Shown: positions 18,800 to 29,162 of the stretch, piece after piece
Layout of the letters: each line of letters begins with the position of its first letter
How positions within the stretch are numbered: the stretch's first letter is position 1
Assembly (NCBI GenBank): GCA_964450735.1
Contig: CAYVDC010000003.1
Coordinates: 40,342 to 104,341, forward strand
Direction of reading: 5' to 3'
Length of the DNA stretch: 64,000 nt
Origin: an uncultured Candidatus Saccharibacteria bacterium
GTDB taxonomy: Bacteria > Patescibacteriota > Minisyncoccia > Phycocordibacterales > UBA9973
Notes under the pieces: generated by a model
Told to the model about the DNA's origin: nothing
Databases searched by the model: none
What the model saw: the letters and a program-made list of their open reading frames with translations, nothing else
Translations under genes and position numbers: made by a program

Positions 18800-20257
18800 C
18801 TAGTTGGCAAGGAGGCTCTGCGCAATAGCAAGTCGCTCAAGCGTAGTATCTTTTCCGAGGATTTCTGCCAATGTGAATGGATCTGGGCTCTTGTCCTTTC
18901 CTGAGAGCGAGTATCGCATTGGCCACAAAATGTTTCCTCTGCCAACTGATTCTGCGTATTCCCATACCGCAGCTTTGACAGTGTCTTTGTTCCAGGTCGC
19001 CTGGTCTACTGCCCCTAAAAGTTCAATTGCTTTTGCTAGATGTGTGAAAGTATTTTCTTTTGTTTCAGTCTTCCAAACTAATTTAGCAGAGTCGTATGAA
19101 GGATTGATGAAATAATAATCAAATTCCCCATCATCTGCCATGGTTGAAAGATCGCTCCATTTTTCTAGACGTTCAGTAATGACTGGAGTGATTTTGGCGA
19201 CGAATGTGTCTGAAAAACCAGGCATGGACTTTATCTTTTCTGGCATAAAGGTAACCACAGCAGAAACCTGCTCATCCTGCGAGAGTTTTTTGATGTGCTC
19301 TTTGTTCATCCAGTTTAATTTTTCTTCATTCCACTGTGCACCTGATTTTTGTACTCGCTCAATTTCAAATTTTTCGATAAGTTCTGAAGATGTGAAAAGT
19401 TCTTGTTCGCCGCCTGGATTCCAGCCAAGAAGCGCCATGAAGTTCATCATTGCCTGTGGAAGATATCCCTCTTTTCGATATTCAAGAATGTCTTTTGCGC
19501 CATCTCGTTTGCCGAGTTTTTTATTGCCGCCTTCGCCAAGAATCGGCGGAAGTGTAACAAAGACAGGATGCTCGATTCCGAGTGCATCATAGAGCGATAA
19601 GAATTTTGGTGTTGAAGAAATAAATTCATCCGCGCGGAAAATATGTGTAACGCCCATTTCAAGGTCGTCGATGATGTGTGCAAAATTGTATGTTGGATAG
19701 CCGTCGCCTTTGATCAAAATAAAATCATCAAGCGCCTCAGGTCCAGCAGAAAGTGTCCCGCGAACAGCATCCTGCCATTCGTAAGATTTTATTTCTGGTA
19801 CTTTGAATCGAAGCGGTCGAGTTCCATCCCATGTTCCTGGATTTTCTGGGCGATGATCGCGGAACAAAAACGCGCGCTTCTCCTCGTTTGCTTTTTGGCG
19901 GAATGATTCGAGTTCTTCTTTGGTGTATGGGTCTGGGTATGCAAAACCTTTTTCGATAAGTTTTTGTGCGTATGTTCGGTATGATTCGAGGCGCTGTGAT
20001 TGCAGATATGGCGCGTGCGGTCCACTGACGTCAGGGCCCTCATTCCACTCGATATCGAGCCATTTGAGTGACTCAATGATGTGCTCCATTGATCCAGCAA
20101 CCTCGCGTTCCTTGTCGGTATCTTCGATACGAAGAATAAATGTACCGCCATGTTTGCGGGCAAAAAGCCATGCAAAAAGTGCTGTACGGACACCGCCGAC
20201 ATGCATAAAACCCGTTGGAGACGGGGCGAAACGAGTTACTACTTTGTTAGTTGACAT
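18800..20257 (-). CDS. gltX: glutamyl-tRNA synthetase
   Basis: VVTRFAPSPTGFMHVGGVRTALFAW (HIGH-class motif) and a KLSKR-like region. Confidence 0.9.
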   Translation of the reverse strand: MSTNKVVTRFAPSPTGFMHVGGVRTALFAWLFARKHGGTFILRIEDTDKEREVAGSMEHIIESLKWLDIEWNEGPDVSGPHAPYLQSQRLESYRTYAQKLIEKGFAYPDPYTKEELESFRQKANEEKRAFLFRDHRPENPGTWDGTRPLRFKVPEIKSYEWQDAVRGTLSAGPEALDDFILIKGDGYPTYNFAHIIDDLEMGVTHIFRADEFISSTPKFLSLYDALGIEHPVFVTLPPILGEGGNKKLGKRDGAKDILEYRKEGYLPQAMMNFMALLGWNPGGEQELFTSSELIEKFEIERVQKSGAQWNEEKLNWMNKEHIKKLSQDEQVSAVVTFMPEKIKSMPGFSDTFVAKITPVITERLEKWSDLSTMADDGEFDYYFINPSYDSAKLVWKTETKENTFTHLAKAIELLGAVDQATWNKDTVKAAVWEYAESVGRGNILWPMRYSLSGKDKSPDPFTLAEILGKDTTLERLAIAQSLLAN

Positions 20258-20310
20258 AGGGAGACTATACCAAAAAAAGCTTTAAAATAAAAGATTTCAG
20301 AAGTTGGCTA

Positions 20311-20403
20311 TTATTCCTCGTGTTCAAGCGCCATGCGAACTACTTCTTTTGCGATGCTGTCTGCCGCATCCCCTTGTGCAAATTTGAGCGCGTTTTCTGA
20401 CAT
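20311..20403 (-). other. orphan 30-aa ORF resembling a MurG C-terminal tail (possible remnant of a disrupted murG 3' end)
   Basis: Hand translation gives MSENALKFAQGDAADSIAKEVVRMALEHEE. It lies 63 nt downstream of the murG stop, which falls in an A6 homopolymer. Confidence 0.3.
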
Positions 20404-20466
20404 GACTTTTCGTCGTGTAGGGAAAGAGTGTCTTCGCCTGTGTAGATCTCGGTGGTCGCCGTATCA

Positions 20467-21438
20467 TTAAAAAACTTCTTCGATGACATCGCATGCCCCA
20501 GAACGAGCATAGTTGAATGCATTGTGTTTTTGATCACGGCTGATCGTTTCAGGAATAGGAATAATAATAGAAGGAATTCCCCATGCGGCGATTTCAAATA
20601 TCGACGAACCGGCGCGAGAGACGATAACGGTTGCAGCACCAGCGGCCATTTTTACCATAAGCGGCGTCATGTAGCCGATCGGCTTATAACGATCCTTGAA
20701 GGCATGCTTGTCGAGAATGACGGAAATACGCTCTTCGTTTTCTTTGATGTTGTTTGGGCCAACTTGGTGGATGACTTGGTATGTATTGAGCAGCGTCGGC
20801 AAAATATCGAGCAGCGTATTGTTGATTGTCTGTGCTCCTTGAGAGCCACAGAAAACAAAAACAGTAGGTGTGTTTTGATCAAACTTCCAATATTCAAATG
20901 CTCCCTCGGTTGCTTTTTTGAAGACTTCTTCGCGGATTGGCTGTCCCGTTAGAGCTGTCTTTTCTTTTGGAAAATATTCAATTGCTTCAGGATATGAAAT
21001 AGCAATACGGGTAGCGAATTTTGCTGACCAGAGGCTTACGCGGCCTGGAACAGAATCTGAGTCATGGATGATAATTGGGATGCGAAGCAACCGTGCTGCA
21101 AAAAGTGCCGGAACGCTCGCGTAGCCGCCTTTTGAAAGAACGACATCGGGATACATTGCAAACAACTGAAATGTTGCTGAAATGCAGCCGAGGGCTACTT
21201 TGAACATGTCGGTGATATTTTTGGATGAGTTGTAGAGTCGGTTTTTGCCTGAGGTAACCTCGACAAAGGTGATGCCATTTTCAAACAAAGCCGCCTTGTC
21301 GTATGGAGAATCTGACATGTAGTACATTTTCAAATCCACGATACGGTCGCGGTCAGCAATCTTGTTGATTTTTTCTGCAACGGCGATCAGGGGGTAAAAA
21401 TGTCCGCCAGTGCCGCCTCCGGTAAATAGGATCTTCAT
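20467..21438 (-). CDS. murG: UDP-GlcNAc:MurNAc-pentapeptide-undecaprenol GlcNAc transferase (possibly 3'-truncated or frameshifted)
   Basis: MKILFTGGGTGGHFYPLIAVAEKI is the N-terminal glycine-rich motif, followed by a GT28 C-terminal domain. The ORF ends early at a homopolymer. Confidence 0.75.
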   Translation of the reverse strand: MKILFTGGGTGGHFYPLIAVAEKINKIADRDRIVDLKMYYMSDSPYDKAALFENGITFVEVTSGKNRLYNSSKNITDMFKVALGCISATFQLFAMYPDVVLSKGGYASVPALFAARLLRIPIIIHDSDSVPGRVSLWSAKFATRIAISYPEAIEYFPKEKTALTGQPIREEVFKKATEGAFEYWKFDQNTPTVFVFCGSQGAQTINNTLLDILPTLLNTYQVIHQVGPNNIKENEERISVILDKHAFKDRYKPIGYMTPLMVKMAAGAATVIVSRAGSSIFEIAAWGIPSIIIPIPETISRDQKHNAFNYARSGACDVIEEVF

Positions 21439-21454
21439 GGGTAGTACTATAGTA

Positions 21455-22081
21455 TCAGTTTTTAAAAATATGAGCTAGATCGTCAAGCGATGTAAAAAGA
21501 AATTCTGGATGTAAGGCTGCAAGTTTTTGCCGAGCAACTTCCCTGCGCTCTATGCCTCCCGCCTGAACCCCAACCGCATGTGCGGCAGTGATGTCTGAAG
21601 GCAGATCCCCGACATACAATATTTCATCAAGTGGAACATTAAAAAGACCAATCAGATGACGAAGCTTCTCTTCTTTGTGAAGCTCTCCTCCTATGATCGT
21701 TTCAGTTTCAAAAATATCTTCAAGGCCAGCTGATTTGAGCTGTTCGATGATGTGGTCTGTTTTTGCTGTTGAACCGACACCTAATTTCAATCCTCGATCT
21801 TTTAGGAACCGTAATACTGCTGCCGACTCAGGAAAAAATGGAGCAGGTCGATGATGCTTCTCGATAGCTGCCCAGTGTCTTTTGTTTAATTCTTCTTCGT
21901 CCGTTATATCGATGCCAATACTTTTGTAGTATGCCAATCGAGGTTGAAAATATCCATCGAGGACTTCTTCTAATGTCAGTTGTTTGCCATATGAAGCCGC
22001 TGTTTCAACGATTCCAAGCGCGATAATCGGCATTGAATCAACGATAACTCCATCCCAGTCGAAAATAATTGTTGTGATCAT
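21455..22081 (-). CDS. HAD-superfamily hydrolase (phosphatase/beta-PGM-like)
   Basis: IIFDWDGVIVDS motif I, plus GSTAK and YVGDLPSD motifs. Confidence 0.7.
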   Translation of the reverse strand: MITTIIFDWDGVIVDSMPIIALGIVETAASYGKQLTLEEVLDGYFQPRLAYYKSIGIDITDEEELNKRHWAAIEKHHRPAPFFPESAAVLRFLKDRGLKLGVGSTAKTDHIIEQLKSAGLEDIFETETIIGGELHKEEKLRHLIGLFNVPLDEILYVGDLPSDITAAHAVGVQAGGIERREVARQKLAALHPEFLFTSLDDLAHIFKN

Positions 22082-22095
22082 ATGTATAAAAATAG

Positions 22096-23217
22096 TTACG
22101 CAATAGTTTTTTGATATCTTGAAATGTTAAGCACAATCCCCACCGCCGCAAGCGAAAATAACAGCGATGTTCCTCCTTGGCTCATAAATACCAGCGGTAC
22201 TCCTGTCAGCGGGAAAACTCCGGTGATCGAAGCGATATTGAGGAATGATTGGAAGGTGATCAATATGACGATACCGAGCGCCAGCAATCTGCCGAATTGG
22301 TCTGCTGCGCGAGTTGCAATGCGGAATCCTCGAAAAGCAAACATGAGATAGAGCAGAATTACAATAGTAGAACCAATAAATCCGAATTCCTCGCCAATGA
22401 CGGCAAAAATCGAGTCACCTTGCGGTTCGGGGAGATAGCTGAATTTTTGCACGCTCTGTCCTAGCCCACGTCCAGCAATGCCTCCCCCGCCAATTGCGAT
22501 CAAAGATTGTTTGAGTTGATATGAGGAACCGCTCTGGTCATGGCTTGGGTCGATGAATGTTTTTACTCGGGCCTGAAGATACGGCGTAAAGAAAATCAAA
22601 CTACCGAGTACGACAGTGCCTACGAGGCCGATTCCAATAAGATATTTGATCGGAACACCTGAGACAAAGAGCATTGAAGTTCCGGCCACGAGTATCAATA
22701 TGAAGCTTTTGGTGTCGGGCTGTACAAATAACAGCGCAGCTGAGATTGCAAGCAAGACCAAGAGTGGAAGAATGCCGAAACGAAAATCAGTGACGCGGGA
22801 TTTTGCCCACGAAAGCCAGGCGGCAAAATAAATGACGCATCCCATTTTGAGAAGTTCCGCAGGCTGGAATGTGATTGGACCCAAAGCAACCCAGCGCTGT
22901 GCGCCGCCGTGCGCAAATCCGAGCCCAGGAATAAAAACGAGAATCATTGCAACAATAGTTGCGATGAGGATATGGAGAGCGTATTTTTTGAGCCATGAGT
23001 AATGGATGCGCGACATGATGAACATCGCAACCAATCCTCCACCAAGTCCAAGCGCGAGTTGAGTAAATATGATGCTGTAAAATTTTACTTCGTTCTTGGC
23101 CAGCACGCCGAGAGAGGCGGAAATAAACGCAACGATGCCGACGATCAAAAGGACTACAATGAGTCCGAGAAAAAATGAGTCTACTGGTTTCCCTTTGATT
23201 GCCTTAGCTACTTTCAT
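22096..23217 (-). CDS. ftsW: SEDS-family cell division/peptidoglycan polymerase
   Basis: About ten TM segments and conserved FtsW/RodA blocks. It is in a dcw gene context. Confidence 0.8.
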   Translation of the reverse strand: MKVAKAIKGKPVDSFFLGLIVVLLIVGIVAFISASLGVLAKNEVKFYSIIFTQLALGLGGGLVAMFIMSRIHYSWLKKYALHILIATIVAMILVFIPGLGFAHGGAQRWVALGPITFQPAELLKMGCVIYFAAWLSWAKSRVTDFRFGILPLLVLLAISAALLFVQPDTKSFILILVAGTSMLFVSGVPIKYLIGIGLVGTVVLGSLIFFTPYLQARVKTFIDPSHDQSGSSYQLKQSLIAIGGGGIAGRGLGQSVQKFSYLPEPQGDSIFAVIGEEFGFIGSTIVILLYLMFAFRGFRIATRAADQFGRLLALGIVILITFQSFLNIASITGVFPLTGVPLVFMSQGGTSLLFSLAAVGIVLNISRYQKTIA

Positions 23218-23221
23218 TCCC

Positions 23222-24328
23222 CTATTTTAGCAGAATTATGATAACTCCGGTAATCGCGCATAGAAGCGAGATGACCCAGTATCGCATCGTGACCTTTGCG
23301 GCAGGCCAGCCGAGGGCTTGAAAGTGGTTATGTAATGGCGCAACAAGGAAGACTTTTTTGCCGCCGCGGTATTTTTTGGAGATTATTTGAATAAGGCTTG
23401 AAAGTGTCGTGACAATGAGCGGCAGTGCGATGATCGGAAGGACAAAAACGGAGTTGGTCAAAAATGCGATGACAACAAGCGTCGTCGTGAGCCCCATCGT
23501 TCCTGTTTCTGAAAGGAAAAAACGTGCAGGCGGGATATTGAACCATAGAAATGCCAGCAGTCCTCCTGATACCGCCATGCAGAACGCAGCGATATCGATC
23601 TGGTTATTGTAAAACGCAATGATAGCAAACGCGCTATACATAATACCGAACACTCCGCCGGCAAGGCCATCTACCCCATCGATGATTCCGCCAGAGTACA
23701 GCCCGATCATAAAAATAATAAAGACTGGAATGAAAAAGAATCCGAGGTTGAGAATGCCAATCGTTGGAATGAAGATGCTCATAACGCCGAGCTTTGCAAA
23801 GAACCACCATGCACCGGCTAGACCGACAAGTGCGACGAGTATTACTCGAGTGCTCAGTGAAAGTCCGCCACCGTGGTAGGTTCCCTTGTCATTGCATACA
23901 AGATAATCATCAAAGGCGCCGATCAGTGATGTGATTGTTAGTGTGAAAAATAGCAGCCATGTTTGGTTTCGGGAAAGGAATGATATTTTTTGTAGAATTA
24001 TATTGTCAGAGACAGAGCTTACAATCGCCAAGATAATTGCCACAACAAGTACGCTTCCCCAAACAATAATGCCGCCCATGCGAGGAGTTTTTCGTTCCTC
24101 ATCATTGTGCAGTTTGCTCGTGATTGATGAGTCTCCACCGTCCATGCTTTTTTTGACGCTAGATTTCTTCCACATCTTGTTTGCATAGAGCCAGTCTGTG
24201 AGAAACGGCGTAGCCAAAATACCTACGATGAACGCAAGCACTGCTGGTAAAATTGTTTTGACGACGTCTGGTATCATGAATTTTGTAAACTTATTTTGTA
24301 AGTGATTCTTGGACGAGCTCTCGGACAA
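23222..24328 (-). CDS. mraY: phospho-N-acetylmuramoyl-pentapeptide transferase (the true start may be the internal MIPDVV... Met near 24277)
   Basis: GAFDDYL and DGVDGLAGG MraY motifs, a polytopic membrane protein. Confidence 0.85.
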   Translation of the reverse strand: MSESSSKNHLQNKFTKFMIPDVVKTILPAVLAFIVGILATPFLTDWLYANKMWKKSSVKKSMDGGDSSITSKLHNDEERKTPRMGGIIVWGSVLVVAIILAIVSSVSDNIILQKISFLSRNQTWLLFFTLTITSLIGAFDDYLVCNDKGTYHGGGLSLSTRVILVALVGLAGAWWFFAKLGVMSIFIPTIGILNLGFFFIPVFIIFMIGLYSGGIIDGVDGLAGGVFGIMYSAFAIIAFYNNQIDIAAFCMAVSGGLLAFLWFNIPPARFFLSETGTMGLTTTLVVIAFLTNSVFVLPIIALPLIVTTLSSLIQIISKKYRGGKKVFLVAPLHNHFQALGWPAAKVTMRYWVISLLCAITGVIIILLK

Positions 24329-25583
24329 TCAATCGCTCGTTCCATGGGAGGGCTTCCCCAGCTACCATCATCGTTTCCTGCGCGCCCATGCCGGTAATGA
24401 GCACTATATCATCTTCGCGTGCTATTGAAAGCGCTTTCTTGAGGCCCTCTCTGCGATCGACGATTACGAACAATGTCTCATCTCGCTTCTTGCCCGCAAT
24501 CTCGGCAAATCCTGCAACTGCCTCGCAGAGCATGAGAGGATCGTCATCATATGGATCAGTCGTAGTAACAATAACGTAATCAGATTTTGCTCCTGCTGCT
24601 CGTCCCATGTGTTCGCGCTTTGCGGGATCACGTCCGCCGCCCTCAGCGCCGACGACGGTAATGATTCGCGAGCCTTCTTTTCTCCACGAGTTTGCATCAT
24701 CCAAAAGAGCGTTGATGGATAATTGTTCATGAGCATAGTCAACGATGACGGTGTATGGTTGCCCGGCAATGATACGCTCCATTCTTCCGGGAATAAGCGA
24801 AATGGCCGCAAGCCCTTGTCGGATTTTGCTTTGAAGCATGCCGAATTCTTTGCCGAGGATTATCGCTGGCAGTGCATTGGCAACATTGAATGTTCCGAGA
24901 ATATTGAGCTGATAGAGTTCTTTGTCGACATCAAACAAAAGTCCGTCTGGAGTTTCGCGTATGTGCGTTGCTTGCACCGACCCGCCGATGAGCCCGTAGG
25001 TAATTATTTTTTGTGCAGGAAATGAAGCGTAGTATGCGCCATGTTCTGTGTCTGTATTTACGATTGAAAGGCTGCCTTTGATTTTTGAAACAGTTTTAAA
25101 GAGAACACCCTTCATTTCTTTGTATGTCTGAAAATTATTTCCATGCGATGCTAAATGTTCTGGTGACAAATTGGTGAATACTGCAGTTTTAAACGTAATG
25201 CCGGTATGACGATGTTGCTTTAATCCCTCTGAAGTAACTTCGATGACAACATGCGTGCAGCCGCTCTCAAGCATTTCTGCAAAAAGTTTCTGGATGATCC
25301 ATGGTCCTGGCATCGTCATATGCATAGTGTTCGGCCTTTCAATATCACCGATGCGGATGTTTGCAGTTCCAACAAGGCCTACTTTGAACCCGCCAAAACT
25401 TAGAACTGACCAAACAAGATTTGCTGTCGATGTTTTGCCTTTGGTGCCCGTTATTCCAATGACGTGCATTTTCTTGCTCGGAAATCCATACCAGAGCGCT
25501 GCCAAGAATGCATCGCACTTATGATAGGCGTTGCGGATTCCTTCTGGCAGTATTCTCCAAATGTATTTTTTAATCGTGTCCAT
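24291..25583 (-). CDS. murE: Mur ligase family protein, MurE-like
   Basis: GITGTKGKTST P-loop and a DYAHEQLSINALL (DYAH.PD.L-like) motif. It sits upstream of mraY. Confidence 0.65.
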   Translation of the reverse strand: MDTIKKYIWRILPEGIRNAYHKCDAFLAALWYGFPSKKMHVIGITGTKGKTSTANLVWSVLSFGGFKVGLVGTANIRIGDIERPNTMHMTMPGPWIIQKLFAEMLESGCTHVVIEVTSEGLKQHRHTGITFKTAVFTNLSPEHLASHGNNFQTYKEMKGVLFKTVSKIKGSLSIVNTDTEHGAYYASFPAQKIITYGLIGGSVQATHIRETPDGLLFDVDKELYQLNILGTFNVANALPAIILGKEFGMLQSKIRQGLAAISLIPGRMERIIAGQPYTVIVDYAHEQLSINALLDDANSWRKEGSRIITVVGAEGGGRDPAKREHMGRAAGAKSDYVIVTTTDPYDDDPLMLCEAVAGFAEIAGKKRDETLFVIVDRREGLKKALSIAREDDIVLITGMGAQETMMVAGEALPWNERLIVRELVQESLTK

Positions 25584-25587
25584 AGTG

Positions 25588-26535
25588 TTAGATGCCGTAC
25601 ATTTCTACGTACTTATTTGTGCGCTTTACTAATTCAAGCATATCACTAAAGCGTCCCTCTCGCGAAGCGCCGAGCACTACAATAACAACATGCAAGCCTG
25701 GACGAGGTTCATAGAGTACCGCCAAGTTGCCACCTGCCGTATCTGTATAGCCTGTTTTGCCTGCTAGAACTGTTTTTATATCATCGAGTACTTTGTCAGT
25801 ATTTGTTGCTTCGTACACATAGTTTGGCGTGCGGAATGTGACTACTGGTTCGCTGGTAACCGTAAAGAGCGATGGATATGAGTTATAGGCAATATTGAGC
25901 ATTTTGGCTACATCGTATGCAGAGCCAAAACTGCTCGGTGCTCCTGATGTAAGATCAAGTCCTGATGGGTTTGAGAAATAGAGGCTTGAAAGTCCTTGGT
26001 TTTGAGCATATTGATTCATGAGCTTTACACACGTAAGCGTTGCGTCGTTTTTTCTAACCAAAGATGTAACTGCATCGCATACTGCAGTCGCTCCATCATT
26101 TGATGATTTAACAAGAAAATATTGCGTGAGGTCTTTGGCAGTCCATGTGTCACCTAACCTAAGATCAAGATCGGGTTCTTCGGTTCGCGAGCTCTGGGTA
26201 AACGTTACTGGAGTTGAAGATGGCAAGATTGTTCGGCCGACAAGCGCCGTCATGATTTTTGTAATCGATGCAAGCGGACGGCGCTTGGACTGATTTTTTG
26301 AAAATAATACTTCATTACTTGTTGCGTTATATACGATGGCTGAGTCCGCCTCGAGATTCATATCTGCGTAAATATAGTGGAGCGACATTCGATGTTGCTC
26401 TTGCGCGATCAGTTCTTCGGTTTGCGTATCAATGTCCCTCAACAAGGTTAGCATCGTCGAAAAAATGATGATCACCCCGAGGAGGATGACCAACAAAATT
26501 CTCTTCGGGACATGTGCGTGAAGTATATGCCGCAT
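25588..26535 (-). CDS. dacA: serine-type D-Ala-D-Ala carboxypeptidase (S11, PBP5-like)
   Basis: SITK (SxxK), SSN and KTGYT motifs with an N-terminal TM helix. Confidence 0.8.
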   Translation of the reverse strand: MRHILHAHVPKRILLVILLGVIIIFSTMLTLLRDIDTQTEELIAQEQHRMSLHYIYADMNLEADSAIVYNATSNEVLFSKNQSKRRPLASITKIMTALVGRTILPSSTPVTFTQSSRTEEPDLDLRLGDTWTAKDLTQYFLVKSSNDGATAVCDAVTSLVRKNDATLTCVKLMNQYAQNQGLSSLYFSNPSGLDLTSGAPSSFGSAYDVAKMLNIAYNSYPSLFTVTSEPVVTFRTPNYVYEATNTDKVLDDIKTVLAGKTGYTDTAGGNLAVLYEPRPGLHVVIVVLGASREGRFSDMLELVKRTNKYVEMYGI

Positions 26536-26540
26536 GTAAT

Positions 26541-27137
26541 CTATCGCGTATCAGGCGTAACTTCCTCAGGTTCCGAAGAAGGAATTTCATTAACTGAATT
26601 TGCGGTGCTTACCAAGTGCGTATTTCGTTCAACAAACATTTTGTGGATTGAGGCAAAGTCTGGCAATTCAGCGATCGTGCTTACGCCGAGGTGCGTCATA
26701 AGATCAAGTGTTGGAACATAAAAAGACTTGCGGCTATCCTGTGCGTACTCAGTTCGCTCGATCAATCCACGCATCACGAGGTTGCGAAGAATAAAATTTG
26801 AATTTACACCGCGGATGAAGTCGATATCGCTTCGTGTCGCCCCATTGTAGTACAGAATGATCGCCAATGTTTCCAAACTAGATTTGGAAAGTTCTTTGCC
26901 GAGTTCGTCTTTGCGAATTGCATCAAGCATTGATGAGGCTTCTGGATTTGTTCCTAATGTGTAGCCGGTGTGGGATTCAACAAGCATGACGCCGCGATTA
27001 GCAAGTGAAGTTCTGAGTGCCTCGATTCCCTCTTTCATGGTGTCTTCGTTTTCCTTGATCAGCCCAATAAGCTCATGGAGGGTGACCGGCTCGCCGAGGG
27101 CAAAAAGGATTGCTTCTATTTTTTGTTCGGTATTCAT
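26541..27137 (-). CDS. scpB: segregation and condensation protein B
   Basis: Winged-helix ScpB N-terminus KIEAILFALGEPVTLHEL. It lies downstream of scpA with a 4-nt overlap. Confidence 0.85.
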   Translation of the reverse strand: MNTEQKIEAILFALGEPVTLHELIGLIKENEDTMKEGIEALRTSLANRGVMLVESHTGYTLGTNPEASSMLDAIRKDELGKELSKSSLETLAIILYYNGATRSDIDFIRGVNSNFILRNLVMRGLIERTEYAQDSRKSFYVPTLDLMTHLGVSTIAELPDFASIHKMFVERNTHLVSTANSVNEIPSSEPEEVTPDTR

Positions 27138-27916
27138 AGTGTTGTCGGGTTTGGATCAGGCTCCAGAGTTAGTTTGCTAATGGTGATGTCGCTCGCAGTG
27201 CTTTCTTGTAGTGCATCGATAATTCCTTCTCTGATCAGTTCAAGTAATGCGAGGAATGAAATAATCGTATGCACTCGCTGGTCTTTTTCGTCCTCAGCTC
27301 CTGGATGTTTTGAGAATTCTCTAAAGCTCATGGAAAGTTGGTTGCTAATGCGATCCGTGAGACTCGAGATCATGTCATCAATGCTCATGACTTTACGGAT
27401 CTTCACTTCAGGATTCGGTTCTTTTTCTTCAGGGAGTTTCTGGAGGAGTTCACGAGCTATGTTGAACAAAATATTTTTCTCAACATTTTTGTCCGGACTC
27501 CAGATTGGATGTGAGCCAAGTCTGCGAACGCCGAGGTGCACTCTCTTTTTGCCGTAAATCTTTTTAAGCGTCTCGCCCACTTCTTTAGCCTTTTGGTAAA
27601 GGATCAATCGGGTTTCGAGATCGGTAATGTTTTCTTTTTCTTCCGGCGTAAGTTCCAGTCCTGGGAGCAGTGAACGTGATTTGATGAGGATGAGCGTGGC
27701 AGCAACAATGATGAAGCCCGTTAATTCTTCCATATGATATTTTGGAAGCGTTTTGATGTATGCCAAGTAATCGTTCGTCACTTGAGCGAGCGATACTTCG
27801 TTGATGAAAAGCTTGCGCGACTCAACAAGTGAGAGCAAGTGTTCCAGCGGACCTTCAAAGGTTCCGGATTTGACGAGATAGGCTTGTCTCGGTTCTGTTT
27901 CTGTCACGGTGTCCAT
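27134..27916 (-). CDS. scpA: segregation and condensation protein A
   Basis: GTFEGPLEHLLSLVESRKLFINEVSLAQVTNDYLAYI is ScpA-like. Confidence 0.85.
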   Translation of the reverse strand: MDTVTETEPRQAYLVKSGTFEGPLEHLLSLVESRKLFINEVSLAQVTNDYLAYIKTLPKYHMEELTGFIIVAATLILIKSRSLLPGLELTPEEKENITDLETRLILYQKAKEVGETLKKIYGKKRVHLGVRRLGSHPIWSPDKNVEKNILFNIARELLQKLPEEKEPNPEVKIRKVMSIDDMISSLTDRISNQLSMSFREFSKHPGAEDEKDQRVHTIISFLALLELIREGIIDALQESTASDITISKLTLEPDPNPTTL

Positions 27917-28305
27917 AAATATAGGAATATTGTATCACAGACGAAGACTATCTTTAAAGGATTTTCAGATAGATTTCAGTTTGTGGATAACTTGACTTGC
28001 ATACTATTCTAATGTCCTGTATAAACAAACTATGTTCGCAAAGATTACAAATACACAAAACCGACGACGTACAACCCCACAATTTGAGGTTGTCTTCGAG
28101 TGTTTGTAAATTTCTCCAAAATCTAAACAAACTTTCCAAAACGGCCTCAAGTGAGGTCGTTTTATTTTTTACATTCTTTAACACCTAAATAACAAAAATA
28201 TCCTATGTATATGAGATTAGGACTCTCGCTTCCCTATGCGCCAAATGCACGCTTGCGTTAATGTGGGCAAAACTTAATTTTTTAATTTAAACTAAAACAA
28301 AAATT

Positions 28306-28800
28306 ATGAAAAAAACAGAAATTATTGGAAACAAATTTAATGCATGGGTTGCAAGGCTTTCAGAAAGTGCAAAAAAATTTGGTGGACGTGTTCACGTTAT
28401 TCCATTGATTCGTGTAGATTATCGCAAAAAGTTATTTGGCATAAAAGACGCGAAGAGTATTAAGGCAACTAGCAACATCTATGATATCGCTAGTGAGTAT
28501 GCAGATACCAAGCATATGGGGGTCCGACAAGAAACTATTGTATTATTTAATCCCGGAAAAAGGTCGGGAGAAAGGGATCATGTAAACTACCTCGATGTTA
28601 TTATTTGGGGATTAGAAAATGGTCTTCGCAAAACGACACCACACACTGTTGTGGAAATTGTTGAAAATGCTTCAGGTCATATAAAAAAACTGGCAAATCA
28701 GGGTTTAAGACAGTGCTTGAAACTACTGGATGTTTTTGGCATCTTCGGTACCTTTGCGGTACTTGTGACTTCCCTGATTTTAACTTTGAAGGCCATGTAG
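28306..28800 (+). CDS. hypothetical protein (C-terminal hydrophobic helix)
   Basis: ORF in an AT-rich region with no recognisable domain. Its 3' end overlaps the next ORF in another frame. Confidence 0.3.
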   Translation: MKKTEIIGNKFNAWVARLSESAKKFGGRVHVIPLIRVDYRKKLFGIKDAKSIKATSNIYDIASEYADTKHMGVRQETIVLFNPGKRSGERDHVNYLDVIIWGLENGLRKTTPHTVVEIVENASGHIKKLANQGLRQCLKLLDVFGIFGTFAVLVTSLILTLKAM

Positions 28801-29162
28801 TAGATGTAAAGGACGAGGGAGGGTGGTATAGCCATGTCTGGTTCGCGTTTAGTGTTGACCCTAGTCAGTTTAACCTTACTGCTGAGACAGAAAATGACCA
28901 GCTTAAAAAATCTGGGAAGCCACGAATAACCTATTTGACGAAGGAAGATGTTGACCCAAATGACTTCGTTAACATTAATCATTCGTATTTTCTCGTAAGA
29001 GTAACCGAACGTCTCCGAAAAGATCGACATTTCTGTTCTACTCACAAATTACAACTTGTTGAGCATGATGGTTACCTAGTGAGGTGGAAAAAACCTATTT
29101 CACAAGGCGGTCCAAATAGCAGAAATTCACCAGGCCCTCTTAAAAAACATGGACATCATTAA
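28713..29162 (+). CDS. hypothetical protein (possibly the frameshifted continuation of 28306..28800)
   Basis: ORF overlapping the previous one by 88 nt in a different frame. No recognisable domain. Confidence 0.25.
   Translation: MLETTGCFWHLRYLCGTCDFPDFNFEGHVVDVKDEGGWYSHVWFAFSVDPSQFNLTAETENDQLKKSGKPRITYLTKEDVDPNDFVNINHSYFLVRVTERLRKDRHFCSTHKLQLVEHDGYLVRWKKPISQGGPNSRNSPGPLKKHGHH

Noticed and set aside
20340-20639. 99-aa ORF overlapping the murG 3' end
   Set aside because: It is a different frame of the murG terminal region and most simply explained by a frameshift at the A6 run, so it is not a separate gene.
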